Below, piece by piece: positions 25,140-35,992 of a DNA stretch of 64,000 nucleotides. Made by a program: the position numbers and the translations under genes. Source of the stretch: an uncultured Lachnospiraceae bacterium (GTDB lineage: Bacteria > Bacillota > Clostridia > Lachnospirales > Lachnospiraceae). The notes below the pieces were generated by a model. The model ran no database searches. It saw only the letters and a list, made by a program, of their open reading frames with translations, and was not told where the DNA came from. Location of the stretch: NCBI GenBank assembly GCA_944381485.1, contig CALWLI010000019.1:5411-69410 (forward strand), written 5' to 3'. The stretch's first letter is position 1; each line of letters begins with the position of its first letter.

Positions 25140-26669
25140 ATGCAAAACAGATTCAAAAAGACAGCGGCTTTAAGCCTGGCAGCTGCGATAATGATGTCGC
25201 AGGCGGCCTATGCCGAAAATATAACACTTGCCTCTTATCCCGGAGGTCAGGACGGAAATTATATCTCAAATCAGGGACCCTCAGGCAATCAGTATGTGGG
25301 AAACAACGGTTATGTACAGGCCGGACAGTATGTTGACCAGAGCGGATATGTAAACTCAGGCCCGGGAGTGGTGGGCAATTCAGGACAGGCTCAGCCCGGA
25401 AACAATGTAAATTCAGGAAATACTGCAGGCAATACTCAGTCACCTTCTCAGGGACAGCCTCAGACCGGCACAGGAACTCAGACCAATCAGGTCGTCATAG
25501 ATCAGACTATTGCAAAGCCTGCTATAAGCTCTGAGGCGGCAGTAGTATATGACGCCACCACAAAGCAGATACTTTTTGACAAGAATGCAAGTCAGTCAAT
25601 GTATCCCGCCTCCACTACAAAGCTTATGACAGCTCTCATAGTTGCGGAGAACGCAAATCTTGAGGATACTGTGACCTACTCGGCCACAGCCGTCAACGGA
25701 CTTGAGTCCGGAGCTTCAAATGTGAACCTTGCTGTGGGAGATACCTTGAGCGTAAAGGATTCCCTCTATGCCCTGCTTTTAAAGTCCGCCTGTGAAGTTG
25801 CGAACGGACTTGCGGAGAAGGTGGGAGGAAGCCAGGCAAACTTTGTGGCCCTGATGAATCAGAAAGCTCAGCAGCTGGGATGCACCAATACGCACTTTGA
25901 GAATGCCTCAGGTCTCAACGGAACAACTCATTACACCACAGCCTACGACATGGCACTTATCACTAAGGCTGCCCTGGACAATCAGACTGTAAGGACCATA
26001 AACAATACACTCAGCTACACCCTCCCCGCATCAAAGAACAGAGGGGAGCTTAAGCTGACCAACGGAAACAAGATGTTAAATCCTTCCAATTCTCAGTATT
26101 ATGCGGGAATAATAGGAGGAAAGACCGGATATACATCGAAGGCCGGCAGCACTCTTGCCACTGCTGTCGAAAAGAACGGACACGAGCTTATAGTGGTTGT
26201 CATGAAGTCTAATCAGAAGCACTATGATGACACAAAGGCTCTTCTCGACTACGGATACAAGCTCATTGACGCCTCAAACAAGGCTCAGGGCATCACAGGC
26301 TCTTCGGGTACAGACTCGACAACAGGAAATACAGCTAATCAGGGTACAGGACGCTGGAATCAGGTATCCGCAACACAATGGCAGTATGTAAAGGCTGACG
26401 GCTCTGTGTGCAAGTCGGAGTGGCTTGACCTGGGAGATAAGACCTACTGGTTTGACGACAACACATATATGGCTACCGGATGGAGACATTTCTCCAACGA
26501 CGCATGGTACTACTTTGATACTCAGACCGGAGCTATGGTAAAGAACAGCTGGGTAATAGACAACGGAAAATCTTACTATCTCACTGACAACGGAACCATG
26601 GCAAAGGATACCGTAGTAGGCGGAAAGTACAAGGTGGATGCCTCGGGAGTATATGTAGGTCAGGTATAA
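25140..26669 (+). CDS. D-alanyl-D-alanine carboxypeptidase (S11, PBP5/DacB type) with C-terminal cell-wall-binding repeats
   Basis: Signal peptide MQNRFKKTAALSLAAAIMMSQAAYA after AAGGAG. G/Q/N-rich linker. Motifs SxxK (PASTTKLMTAL), SGL(N) and KTG(Y)T. C-terminal GW/YYF repeats (TYWFDDNTYMATGW, AWYYFDTQTGAMVKNSW, KSYYLTDNGTMAKD). The ORF-track start at 24885 overlaps ftsH and is not credible. Confidence 0.85.
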   Translation: MQNRFKKTAALSLAAAIMMSQAAYAENITLASYPGGQDGNYISNQGPSGNQYVGNNGYVQAGQYVDQSGYVNSGPGVVGNSGQAQPGNNVNSGNTAGNTQSPSQGQPQTGTGTQTNQVVIDQTIAKPAISSEAAVVYDATTKQILFDKNASQSMYPASTTKLMTALIVAENANLEDTVTYSATAVNGLESGASNVNLAVGDTLSVKDSLYALLLKSACEVANGLAEKVGGSQANFVALMNQKAQQLGCTNTHFENASGLNGTTHYTTAYDMALITKAALDNQTVRTINNTLSYTLPASKNRGELKLTNGNKMLNPSNSQYYAGIIGGKTGYTSKAGSTLATAVEKNGHELIVVVMKSNQKHYDDTKALLDYGYKLIDASNKAQGITGSSGTDSTTGNTANQGTGRWNQVSATQWQYVKADGSVCKSEWLDLGDKTYWFDDNTYMATGWRHFSNDAWYYFDTQTGAMVKNSWVIDNGKSYYLTDNGTMAKDTVVGGKYKVDASGVYVGQV

Positions 26670-26697
26670 TTAAGAACATATTTTTTGGAGAAAAATA

Positions 26698-27663
26698 TTG
26701 GATAAGCAAAAGAAATTCAATTCCCTTGAAGATATAGAGAAAAAGCTTGTTCAGAGCAGAAAAGAGGGAACTTCAAAAAAAATAGGAAAAGCAAAGAAAC
26801 AGACGGCTATGTATGTTGAGAGTCCTGTTAGGGATTTCCTGAGAGACTATAGCCGTCTCTTAGTTATTCCCGCTGTGTCAGTGGTGCTTATCATCTTCAT
26901 AATGGTGGCGGAGGCTGTAACAGGAAATACTGAAACTGAGGATCCTTCCGCAGCCACTGTATCCGTGGCGGCAACAGAGCCCGAGAATGAGCCGGAGCCT
27001 TTGGAGGAGCCTGGCCTTCGCTCGGGAGATGACACAGATGTGGGAAGACTTATAAATGACTATTTTTATGCAAGACTCAATGCGGACGTGGACACGCTCT
27101 ATACTGTGTTCAACCGGAGCTCTGAAACAGGAAGAGATGAGCTTCAAAAGCGTCTTGATGCGGAGAGATCTTGGATACAGTCATATGACGGAATAAAGGT
27201 ATATCTGCTTCCGGGACTTGAGGAGGGAGATGAGCTTGCTGTTATCACCTACAAGATAAACTTCAGAAGGACAGATACCATGGCCCCCGGAATAATGTAC
27301 TGCTACATTTCTCACAGGGAGGACGGCAGCCCCTATATAGAGGAAAATCTTCTCAAGGACAAGCTGGATTACATAAATGAGCAGCTGGAGGAGCCGGAGG
27401 TTAAGGAACTGATAGAGAGTACAGACAGGGAGCTGAAGGCGGCCCTCTCCTCAGACAGCGATCTTGCTCTCATTTACACCTCCTTCAACAACGGGGAGAT
27501 ATACAAGGAGCAGGATCTGGATGTTAACAGGGAGCAGGAGGTGGACATTATGTTCACTCCCGAGGGCTCTGACCTCACAGGAGGTCAGGGAAGTGATCTC
27601 GTTATAGACATTGATGAGGGCTCTGAAGCCGAGAGCCCGGAGACGATGCAGCAGGAGGAATGA
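26698..27663 (+). CDS. hypothetical membrane-anchored protein with acidic linker and NTF2-like C-terminal region
   Basis: TTG start after GGAG. One TM helix ([21 protein letters not shown]). The stop lies 1 nt before the queA start. Family not recognised. Confidence 0.55.
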   Translation: MDKQKKFNSLEDIEKKLVQSRKEGTSKKIGKAKKQTAMYVESPVRDFLRDYSRLLVIPAVSVVLIIFIMVAEAVTGNTETEDPSAATVSVAATEPENEPEPLEEPGLRSGDDTDVGRLINDYFYARLNADVDTLYTVFNRSSETGRDELQKRLDAERSWIQSYDGIKVYLLPGLEEGDELAVITYKINFRRTDTMAPGIMYCYISHREDGSPYIEENLLKDKLDYINEQLEEPEVKELIESTDRELKAALSSDSDLALIYTSFNNGEIYKEQDLDVNREQEVDIMFTPEGSDLTGGQGSDLVIDIDEGSEAESPETMQQEE

Positions 27664-27664
27664 T

Positions 27665-28903
27665 ATGGACGTAAAAGATTTTGACTATGATCTGCCGGAG
27701 GAGCTTATAGCTCAGGATCCGCTTTCAGACAGGTCCGCTTCAAGGCTTATGGTTTTGGATACAGATACCGGTGAGGTGACTCACCGGCATTTTAAGGATA
27801 TACTTGAATACCTTCACGAGGGGGATTGCCTTGTTATCAATGATACCAAGGTGATCCCTGCCCGTCTTTTGGGAGTTAAGGAGGAGACCGGCGCCCATGT
27901 GGAGCTGCTCCTCTTAAAAAGACTTGGAGACGACTGCTGGGAATGTCTTGTAAGACCCGGAAAAAAGCTGAGGAAGGGCGCCCGTGTAAGCTTCGGAGAC
28001 GGTGTGCTCAAGGCAGAGATAAGGGATACGGGAGACGAGGGCAGCAGGATAGTAAAGTTCTACTATGAAGGTATATTCGAGGAGGTCTTAGACAGACTGG
28101 GAGAGATGCCTCTCCCTCCCTACATAACCCACAAGCTCAAGGACAAAAACAGGTATCAGACCGTGTATGCAAAGCATGAGGGCTCTGCCGCCGCACCCAC
28201 GGCAGGTCTTCATTTTACGGAGGAGCTCCTCTGTGAGATAGAGAAAAAGGGAGTAGATATTGCAAGGATATGCCTGCATGTGGGACTTGGGACCTTCAGG
28301 CCTGTAAAGGCGGACAAGATAGAAGACCACCATATGCACAGTGAGTTCTATATAGTGGACAGGGAGGCAGCGGAAAAGATAAACAGGGCAAGAGAGAGAG
28401 GAAAGAGAGTGATAGCCGTAGGCACCACCAGCATGAGGACCCTGGAATCCGCCGCTGTTCTCAATACCGAGTACAAAAAACTGGCTGAAGACGGCCTGAT
28501 TTCAGACTGCAATCTGAAGGACAACTCAGTGAGCGAGTCAGGAGCTGTAATGACGAATACTGAGGCGGGAGGAGTAGGCTTCGGAGACCAATATGCAAAG
28601 TCTGCTGTGACTGCGGAAGGAAGGGTCGTCTCAAAATATGTGATAAAGTCAGGCTCGGGCAATACAGAGATATTCATCTACCCTGGATATGAGTTTAAGC
28701 TGGTGGATGCCCTCATAACAAATTTCCATCTTCCTCAGTCTACTCTTATAATGCTGGTGAGCGCTCTTGCGGGAAGAGACCATGTGCTTTCGGCATATGA
28801 GGAGGCGGTGAAGGAGAGATATCGCTTCTTCTCCTTCGGAGATGCAATGTTTATTTACAGAAAAAAGGATGACCCGGATGCAGAAAACGGGGACATAATT
28901 TGA
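27665..28903 (+). CDS. queA: S-adenosylmethionine:tRNA ribosyltransferase-isomerase
   Basis: [63 protein letters not shown] and [11 protein letters not shown]. About 412 aa, carrying an extra internal segment. Confidence 0.93.
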   Translation: MDVKDFDYDLPEELIAQDPLSDRSASRLMVLDTDTGEVTHRHFKDILEYLHEGDCLVINDTKVIPARLLGVKEETGAHVELLLLKRLGDDCWECLVRPGKKLRKGARVSFGDGVLKAEIRDTGDEGSRIVKFYYEGIFEEVLDRLGEMPLPPYITHKLKDKNRYQTVYAKHEGSAAAPTAGLHFTEELLCEIEKKGVDIARICLHVGLGTFRPVKADKIEDHHMHSEFYIVDREAAEKINRARERGKRVIAVGTTSMRTLESAAVLNTEYKKLAEDGLISDCNLKDNSVSESGAVMTNTEAGGVGFGDQYAKSAVTAEGRVVSKYVIKSGSGNTEIFIYPGYEFKLVDALITNFHLPQSTLIMLVSALAGRDHVLSAYEEAVKERYRFFSFGDAMFIYRKKDDPDAENGDII

Positions 28904-28926
28904 AAAACAAGATCCGGAGTGGATAT

Positions 28927-29730
28927 ATGATGTCTAAAGATAATAATACAGAAAAAGCTTCCATGAGGATAAACCGCTATCTGTCCGACATGGGCGTATG
29001 CTCAAGGCGGGAGGCGGACAGACTGATAGAATCAGGCGAAGTGCTTGTGGACGGAATTCCCGCAAAGCTCGGACAGAAGGTGGAGCGGGGACAGCATATA
29101 AGCGTAAAAGGCCGGGAGATAAAGGCGGAGGAAAAGGATGAGCCGGTGCTTATAGCCTTCAACAAGCCCAGAGGAGTGGTATGTACAACCTCCACAGCGG
29201 ACAGGGCTGTAAATATTATAGAATATATAAATTATCCCCTGCGCATATTCCCTGTAGGGCGCCTCGATAAGGACTCCCAAGGACTTATACTGCTCACTAA
29301 CCGGGGAGAGCTGGTCAACCGGATAAACAGACAGAGATACGGACATGAGAAAGAATACATAGTAAGCTGCAGAAGACCGGTGACAGATGAGTTCCTGAAA
29401 GCTATGTCCGAGGGAGTGAAGATAAGGATCCCTGTGACTGATGTGAGCGACAGAGATAAGAATAATGCCGAGGGAAGGGAGTACGTGGACAAGATCACAA
29501 GGCCCTGCAAGGTGTGGAGACTTGACAAATACACCTTCGGCATAATACTGACTCAAGGCTACAACAGGCAGATAAGAAGGATGTGCGATGCTCTGGGAAA
29601 TTATGTAAAGACGCTTAAAAGAGTAAGAGTCATGAATATAGAGCTGGATGATCTCAAGGAGGGAGCCTACAGAGATGTCACAGGCGAGGAGCTGGAGGAG
29701 CTTTATCGCCTGATAGAAAGGGACAGCTGA
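28927..29730 (+). CDS. pseudouridine synthase (RsuA/RluB/RluF family) with N-terminal S4 domain
   Basis: S4 domain MRINRYLSDMGVCSRREADRLIESGEVLVDG. Catalytic GRLDKDSQGLILLTN. ATG 28927 lies 7 nt after GGAG. Confidence 0.88.
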   Translation: MMSKDNNTEKASMRINRYLSDMGVCSRREADRLIESGEVLVDGIPAKLGQKVERGQHISVKGREIKAEEKDEPVLIAFNKPRGVVCTTSTADRAVNIIEYINYPLRIFPVGRLDKDSQGLILLTNRGELVNRINRQRYGHEKEYIVSCRRPVTDEFLKAMSEGVKIRIPVTDVSDRDKNNAEGREYVDKITRPCKVWRLDKYTFGIILTQGYNRQIRRMCDALGNYVKTLKRVRVMNIELDDLKEGAYRDVTGEELEELYRLIERDS

Positions 29731-29759
29731 CAGTCCGATGTCAGGCAAGTTTTCAGAAA

Positions 29760-31763
29760 ATGCAGGTAAAACCTATGGAAAATAAGACAGAGAGAATGAA
29801 ATATCTCGTAAGCGTATTGAACGAAGCCTCAAAGGCCTACTACGCCGAGGGAGTTGAGAAGATATCAAACTTTGAGTACGATAAGCTGTACGACGAGCTT
29901 TTGGAGCTGGAGAGGGAGACCGGCACGGTATTCAGCAATTCACCCTCGCAAAATGTGGGATATGAGGTGATCTCAGAGCTCCCTAAGGAGAGACACGAAT
30001 CCCCTATGCTCAGCCTGGACAAGACAAAATCTGTTTCGGACCTGGAGGACTGGCTGTCAGGAAAAGAGGGGATCCTCAGCTGGAAGCTTGACGGGCTTAC
30101 AGTTGTCTTGACTTACGAGGGAGGAGAGCTGGTTAAGGCTGTCACCAGAGGCAACGGAGAGATAGGAGAAGTTATCACGGCCAATGCAAAAAGGTTTGAC
30201 AACCTGCCTTTAAAGATAGGCTTTAAGGGAAAGCTTGTCATAAGAGGCGAGGCCGTAATAAAATACTCCGACTTTGAAAAGATAAATGAAGAGATTGCCG
30301 AGGCGGATGCAAAGTACAAAAATCCCAGGAACCTCTGCTCCGGCTCTGTGCGCCAACTGGACCCCGGAATAACGGGAAAGAGGCATGTCAATCTTGTGGC
30401 GTTTGCACTTGTAAGCGCTGAGGAGGAGGGGAAAGAGCCCGACTTCGGAAATTCCTTTGAGAGACGGTTTGATTGGCTTTCGGAGCAGGGATTTACAGTG
30501 GTTGAGCATAAAAAGGTGACTGCAGAAACAGTGAGAGAGGCGGTAGAATATTTTAAGGAAAAGACAGCCGAAAATGACTACCCCTCAGACGGCTTGGTCC
30601 TTGCCTACGAGGACATAGCTTACGGCATTTCTCTTGGAAGGACTGCAAAGTTTCCGAGAAATGCCATAGCCTTTAAATGGACAGATGAGACAGCAGAGAC
30701 AAGACTTAAATATATAGAGTGGTCAGCGTCAAGGACAGGGCTTATTAATCCTGTGGCGGTATTTGAGCCGGTGGAGCTGGAGGGAACCACAGTGAGCAGA
30801 GCGAGCGTTCACAACCTGAGCATAGTGGAGGAGCTGGAGCTTGGAGAGGGAGATGTCCTTAAGGTATACAAGGCCAACATGATAATCCCTCAGATAGCGG
30901 AGAATCTCAGCCGCACAAAAAGCATAAAGCCTCCCCGGCTTTGCCCTGTGTGCGGAGCCCACACGGAAATAAGAAAAGACAATGATGCGGCATATCTCTA
31001 TTGCCCTAATCCGGAATGCCCGGCAAAGAAATTGAAATCTTTCGCCCTCATGGTCAGCAGGGATGCGCTTAATGTGGAGGGGCTTTCGGAGATGAGGCTT
31101 GAAAGATTTATTTCCGAGGGATTCATACACGAATACGCGGACATATTTAAGCTGGACAGGTTCAGAGAAAGAATAGTCGAAATGGAGGGCTTCGGAGAGA
31201 AATCCTATAATAACCTTGAGGAGGCCTGCAGGAAAGCGGCTGATACAGAGCTTTACAGGCTTGTCTACGGACTTGGGATTTCAGGCATAGGTCTCGCGGG
31301 GGCTAAGCTTTTGTGCAGAGAATTCAAAAATGACTTTGAGGCTATGCGAAACACGGATGAGGAGAGGCTCAAGGAGATCGACGGCATAGGAGAGGTGACT
31401 GCGGCAGCCTGGGTAAGATTTTTTGAGGATCCGAGGAATAATGCAGAAGTGGACGAACTTCTGAAGGTATTGAGCTTAAAGGATGACAGCGAAAAAGACA
31501 GCGGCAATACCGCTTCGGGAACAGATCTTTCGGGCTTGACTTTTGTAATAACAGGAGAGGTCAATTACTTTAAAAATCGGAGAGAACTTCAGGATACAAT
31601 AGAAAAACTTGGAGGAAAGGCTACATCTTCAGTTTCTAAGAGCACAAATTATCTTATCAACAACGACATAAACTCGACATCAAACAAAAACAAAAATGCT
31701 AAAAAATTCGGAGTCCCCATAATCACAGAGGACGACTTCTTAAAAATGATACATCTGAAATAA
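29760..31763 (+). CDS. ligA: NAD-dependent DNA ligase
   Basis: Adenylation lysine motif WKLDGL, Zn finger CPVCGAHTE...CPNPECPAK, HhH region and C-terminal BRCT (GLTFVITGE). 667 aa. Confidence 0.95.
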   Translation: MQVKPMENKTERMKYLVSVLNEASKAYYAEGVEKISNFEYDKLYDELLELERETGTVFSNSPSQNVGYEVISELPKERHESPMLSLDKTKSVSDLEDWLSGKEGILSWKLDGLTVVLTYEGGELVKAVTRGNGEIGEVITANAKRFDNLPLKIGFKGKLVIRGEAVIKYSDFEKINEEIAEADAKYKNPRNLCSGSVRQLDPGITGKRHVNLVAFALVSAEEEGKEPDFGNSFERRFDWLSEQGFTVVEHKKVTAETVREAVEYFKEKTAENDYPSDGLVLAYEDIAYGISLGRTAKFPRNAIAFKWTDETAETRLKYIEWSASRTGLINPVAVFEPVELEGTTVSRASVHNLSIVEELELGEGDVLKVYKANMIIPQIAENLSRTKSIKPPRLCPVCGAHTEIRKDNDAAYLYCPNPECPAKKLKSFALMVSRDALNVEGLSEMRLERFISEGFIHEYADIFKLDRFRERIVEMEGFGEKSYNNLEEACRKAADTELYRLVYGLGISGIGLAGAKLLCREFKNDFEAMRNTDEERLKEIDGIGEVTAAAWVRFFEDPRNNAEVDELLKVLSLKDDSEKDSGNTASGTDLSGLTFVITGEVNYFKNRRELQDTIEKLGGKATSSVSKSTNYLINNDINSTSNKNKNAKKFGVPIITEDDFLKMIHLK

Positions 31764-31785
31764 CAGCAGAAAGAGAGGACATGCT

Positions 31786-32793
31786 ATGGCACTTATAATC
31801 CCTGAAAAATACAACCCGAAACTCAGTGTCAGGGAGACACAGGAGGCAATAAAGTACATAAGGGACACCTTCCAGAAGGAATTCGGAAAGGAAATGAATC
31901 TTGAGAGGATATCCGCACCACTTTTTGTGGAGAAAAAGACGGGACTTAACGACGACTTAAACGGCGTGGAGAGGAAGGTCTCTTTTGACATAAAGGAGAT
32001 GCCCGAGGAAGAGATAGAGGTGGTCCAGTCTCTTGCAAAATGGAAGAGGATGGCACTTTTCCGCTACGGCTTTAAGCCCGGGGAGGGACTCTACACAAAC
32101 ATGAACGCCATAAGAAGAGACGAGGATCTTGATAACCTTCACTCTGTGTATGTGGATCAGTGGGATTGGGAGAAGGTCATAGAAAAAAGTGACAGGACGG
32201 AGGAAATGCTTAAATCCACAGTCCGCACTATTTTCAAGGTCATAAAGCATATGGAGCATGAGGTCTGGTATAAATACCCTCAGGCCGTGCATAAGATCCC
32301 TGAGGAGATACACTTTGTGGACAGCGAGGAACTGAGACAGCGCTATCCCGACAAGACCCCGAAGGAGAGGGAAAACCTCATAACAAAAGAGCTGGGCTGT
32401 GTATTTCTCATGAGGATAGGCGAAAAGCTTGGGGACGGAAAGCCCCATGACGGAAGAGCTCCTGACTATGATGACTGGAGCTTGAACGGAGACATATTGT
32501 TTTGGTTTGAGCCCTTGAATCAGGCCCTTGAGATATCGAGCATGGGTATAAGAGTGGATGAGGATGCACTTATAAGACAGCTTAAGGAGGCGAGATGTGA
32601 GGACAGAAAAGAGCTTCCCTACCACAAGATGATACTGGAGAAAAAGCTCCCCTACACCATAGGAGGAGGAATAGGCCAGTCCAGACTTTGCATGCTGCTT
32701 TTGGGAAGAGCCCATGTGGGAGAGGTTCAGGCAAGTGTCTGGCCTGAGGAGATGAGAAAGACCTGTGAAGAGCACAGGATGATACTTCTCTGA
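31786..32793 (+). CDS. asnA: aspartate--ammonia ligase (asparagine synthetase A)
   Basis: 335 aa. [45 protein letters not shown]. Confidence 0.92.
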   Translation: MALIIPEKYNPKLSVRETQEAIKYIRDTFQKEFGKEMNLERISAPLFVEKKTGLNDDLNGVERKVSFDIKEMPEEEIEVVQSLAKWKRMALFRYGFKPGEGLYTNMNAIRRDEDLDNLHSVYVDQWDWEKVIEKSDRTEEMLKSTVRTIFKVIKHMEHEVWYKYPQAVHKIPEEIHFVDSEELRQRYPDKTPKERENLITKELGCVFLMRIGEKLGDGKPHDGRAPDYDDWSLNGDILFWFEPLNQALEISSMGIRVDEDALIRQLKEARCEDRKELPYHKMILEKKLPYTIGGGIGQSRLCMLLLGRAHVGEVQASVWPEEMRKTCEEHRMILL

Positions 32794-32821
32794 TAAAACA
32801 ATATACTTCGGAGGAAATAAT

Positions 32822-34432
32822 ATGAAGAAGCTTCTTTGTTCCGCGCTTTTGATATGTGCCTCTCTGGGCCTTAGCGGATACACATACCTGACGGACAAAG
32901 CGGTTGAACTTGGGAAAATAAAAGCTGCCACTTACTACTCGGACGAGTGGGTGATAAACTTCTGGAATTCCGAGAGTGAAGACATGGATGAGGAGCTGAA
33001 AGCAATAAAGGAGGACGGCTTCAATACTATAATAGTATGTGTGCCCTGGAGAGAATTTCAGCCGGTGACAGTGGGAGACATATATAATGACTATGCCTTT
33101 AAGAAACTTGACAGGGTAATGCTGTCTGCTGAGGCAAACGGCCTTTCCGTAATGCTGAGGCTTGGTTACACCTGGGACTATTATGACGAGTCGGATATAC
33201 TGAAAAGATATGAAGAGCTCCTCTACAAGTCGACTACGAGGACGGCATGGTTCTCCTATGCAAAAAAGATATACGAGACCGTATCCGCATATCCGAATTA
33301 CATAGGGGCCTTCCTCACCTGGGAGGACTTCTGGAACTTTATAAATGTGGCGGAGAATTTTACAGAAGGTTACACGGCTGAGAGCCTGGCAAAGTCCACA
33401 GGCTACTCTGACTATGCTTGCGAGAACTACAGCCGGGAGGAACTGGAGAAGCTCTACGGCGAGAAGATAGATCCGGAAAGGCTGACTTTCCCGAAAAAGG
33501 ACACGGATGCCTACAAGGTATTCCTTGAGTTTTATGACGATTGGTTAAACCGCCTGCTTAGAGAGACTCAGGAGGTATTCCCGGATCTCAGCATGGAAGT
33601 GAGACTTGATATGGACACCTACGGCTTTGAGGATGATGAAGCGGCAGACGGAGGGAAAAAGGGCTTTACTCATGAGATCACCTACCCCTGCGGAAGCGCA
33701 TCCTACAGCTCAAACATGCTGTCGGCCAATATGGGCTTCGGCACAGCGGGAGAGCTCTTGGAAGCGGAGGCTACTGCGGGAATGAGCGAGCAGATACTTA
33801 AAAAACATGCGGCAGGAGCGGGCAAACCCGTATTTTGTGATCAGTTCCTCTTTACAGACAATACTCCGGGCTTTGAGGACAATGCAAGGCTTCCTGAGGA
33901 GGAGATAGACGGATATCTGAGGCTTATGGGGCCTGTGTTTGACAGAAACACCATAGGCTACGGTATATGGACCTACAGAGACTATGCGGACAACATAGTC
34001 TATAATTCCCAATTCGGGCTTGGACTTGAAGGCTGGAAGCATTACGGGGGAGTGAGAGTCGAGAATGCTGAGGGCTCAAAAATGTGCCGTATGGATGCGG
34101 GAGCAACCATAACTCAGGAGCTGGGATCAAGAAATTATATAAGCTCGGAGAATACAAAGATATCCATGCGGGTAAAGGCGGAGACTCCTGCAAACATACG
34201 CATAAAGCTGGGCTCAAGCGAAACTACTGTCCCTGTCAGCGGAGATATGGAAATTGACATAGGACTTCCCAAGCAGGAAAAGTATACTCTATCCATACAT
34301 ACAGACCGGGACATACTCATAGATGACATAAAGGTATACTCCCATATTACGAGAGCGGGGGTATATAATGAGGACGGCTCGGAGGGCGCTCATCTTCAGG
34401 CTATCAGAGATCTGAACAGCTCTTTGGATTAA
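32822..34432 (+). CDS. putative secreted glycoside-hydrolase-like protein (clan GH-A TIM barrel plus C-terminal beta-sandwich); function uncertain
   Basis: Signal peptide MKKLLCSALLICASLGLSG. EDGFNTIIVCVPWREFQP and LDRVMLSAEANGLSVMLRLG resemble GH5/GH42-type barrels. C-terminal NSQFGLGLEGWKHYGG is CBM-like. Confidence 0.5.
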   Translation: MKKLLCSALLICASLGLSGYTYLTDKAVELGKIKAATYYSDEWVINFWNSESEDMDEELKAIKEDGFNTIIVCVPWREFQPVTVGDIYNDYAFKKLDRVMLSAEANGLSVMLRLGYTWDYYDESDILKRYEELLYKSTTRTAWFSYAKKIYETVSAYPNYIGAFLTWEDFWNFINVAENFTEGYTAESLAKSTGYSDYACENYSREELEKLYGEKIDPERLTFPKKDTDAYKVFLEFYDDWLNRLLRETQEVFPDLSMEVRLDMDTYGFEDDEAADGGKKGFTHEITYPCGSASYSSNMLSANMGFGTAGELLEAEATAGMSEQILKKHAAGAGKPVFCDQFLFTDNTPGFEDNARLPEEEIDGYLRLMGPVFDRNTIGYGIWTYRDYADNIVYNSQFGLGLEGWKHYGGVRVENAEGSKMCRMDAGATITQELGSRNYISSENTKISMRVKAETPANIRIKLGSSETTVPVSGDMEIDIGLPKQEKYTLSIHTDRDILIDDIKVYSHITRAGVYNEDGSEGAHLQAIRDLNSSLD

Positions 34433-34586
34433 AAACGGATACCGGGGCATTAAATTTGTGAAAAAGGCTGTAAAATAAAAATGACAATGATTTACATATC
34501 GGTGGTTTTGTTGTAAGATATTGATATTACATTGTTAATGTAATGTCAAAAACACCGAATAAATAATTAAGTGGAGGAATGGGATT

Positions 34587-35987
34587 ATGAAAGCGGCTGA
34601 AAAGACAATGGAAAAAATAGTGGCTCTCGCGAAGAACAGAGGTTTTGTCTACCCCGGTTCTGAGATATACGGGGGTCTTGCGAATACATGGGATTACGGA
34701 AACTTGGGAGTTGAGCTCAAAAACAACGTCAAGAAGGCTTGGTGGAGAAAGTTCGTTGAGTGCTCAAAGCTCAATGTAGGTGTTGACTGCGCAATACTTA
34801 TGAACCCCCAGACTTGGGTGGCATCAGGACATCTGGCAGGATTTTCAGATCCTCTTATGGACTGTAAAAAGTGTAAGGAGAGATTCAGAGCCGATAAGCT
34901 CATAGAGGATTTCTGCGAGAAAAACGGAATAAGCCTTCCCAACAATTCGGCTGACGGAATGAGCCAGGAGGAGATGCAGAGTTTTATAGCTGAGCATGAG
35001 ATAGCATGCCCCAGCTGCGGAGCTCATGACTGGACAGACATAAGAAGCTTCAACCTTATGTTCAAGACCTTCCAGGGCGTAACAGAGGATGCAAAGAACA
35101 CCATATATTTGAGACCTGAGACCGCCCAGGGAATATTTGTAAACTTCAAGAATGTCCAGAGGACAAGCCGCAAAAAGATACCCTTCGGAATCGGACAGAT
35201 AGGAAAGTCCTTCAGAAATGAGATAACTCCCGGAAACTTCACCTTCAGAACAAGAGAGTTTGAGCAGATGGAGCTGGAATTCTTCTGCAAGCCTGACACA
35301 GACCTTGAATGGTTTGCATACTGGAAGAAGTTCTGCACAGACTGGCTCTACAGCCTGGGCCTCAAGGAGGACGAGGTGAGGGCAAGAGACCACTCTCCCG
35401 AGGAGCTCTCATTCTACTCAAAGGCTACTACCGACCTTGAGTTCCTCTTCCCCTTCGGATGGGGCGAGCTCTGGGGTATAGCTGACAGAACAGACTATGA
35501 CCTTACTCAGCATATAAATGTTTCAAAGCAGGATCTCAGCTACATGGATGACGAGACCGGCGAGAAGTATGTTCCCTATGTCATTGAGCCTTCACTGGGC
35601 GCAGACAGAGTGACTCTCGCTTTCCTCTGCTCCGCATATGACGAGGAGGAGCTGGAGGGCGGAGATGTCCGCACCGTGCTTCACTTCCACCCGGCTCTTG
35701 CTCCCGTAAAGATGGCGGTACTGCCTCTTTCAAAGAAGCTCAACGAAGGTGCGGAGAAGGTCTTCGATATGCTTCTTGACAAGTATTACTGTGAGTTTGA
35801 CGACAGGGGAAGCATAGGAAAGAGATACAGGAGACAGGATGAGATCGGAACACCCTTCTGCATAACCTACGACTTTGACTCGGAGACAGATCACTCTGTC
35901 ACCATAAGACACAGAGACAGCATGACTCAGGAGAGAGTGGCTATAGACAAGCTTCTTGAGTACTTCAGCGACAAGTTTGATTTTTAA
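34587..35987 (+). CDS. glyQS: glycine--tRNA ligase (dimeric class II, GlyQS type)
   Basis: 466 aa. [65 protein letters not shown]. Confidence 0.95.
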   Translation: MKAAEKTMEKIVALAKNRGFVYPGSEIYGGLANTWDYGNLGVELKNNVKKAWWRKFVECSKLNVGVDCAILMNPQTWVASGHLAGFSDPLMDCKKCKERFRADKLIEDFCEKNGISLPNNSADGMSQEEMQSFIAEHEIACPSCGAHDWTDIRSFNLMFKTFQGVTEDAKNTIYLRPETAQGIFVNFKNVQRTSRKKIPFGIGQIGKSFRNEITPGNFTFRTREFEQMELEFFCKPDTDLEWFAYWKKFCTDWLYSLGLKEDEVRARDHSPEELSFYSKATTDLEFLFPFGWGELWGIADRTDYDLTQHINVSKQDLSYMDDETGEKYVPYVIEPSLGADRVTLAFLCSAYDEEELEGGDVRTVLHFHPALAPVKMAVLPLSKKLNEGAEKVFDMLLDKYYCEFDDRGSIGKRYRRQDEIGTPFCITYDFDSETDHSVTIRHRDSMTQERVAIDKLLEYFSDKFDF

Positions 35988-35992
35988 CAGGT

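Noticed and set aside
29032-29748. 238-codon antisense ORF opposite the pseudouridine synthase gene. Similar long antisense ORFs occur at 16361-16906, 43579-44094, 56458-57003 and 57365-57946.
   Set aside because: All are embedded opposite genes with strong family signatures. Their translations have no motifs and unnatural composition. They are treated as frame shadows, not genes.
31957-32931. 324-codon ORF on the minus strand, antisense to asnA.
   Set aside because: It lies entirely within and opposite a confidently identified gene. The translation is low-complexity and rich in Leu, Ser, His and Lys, with no recognisable motif, SD or promoter. This is a typical shadow ORF of a purine-rich coding strand.
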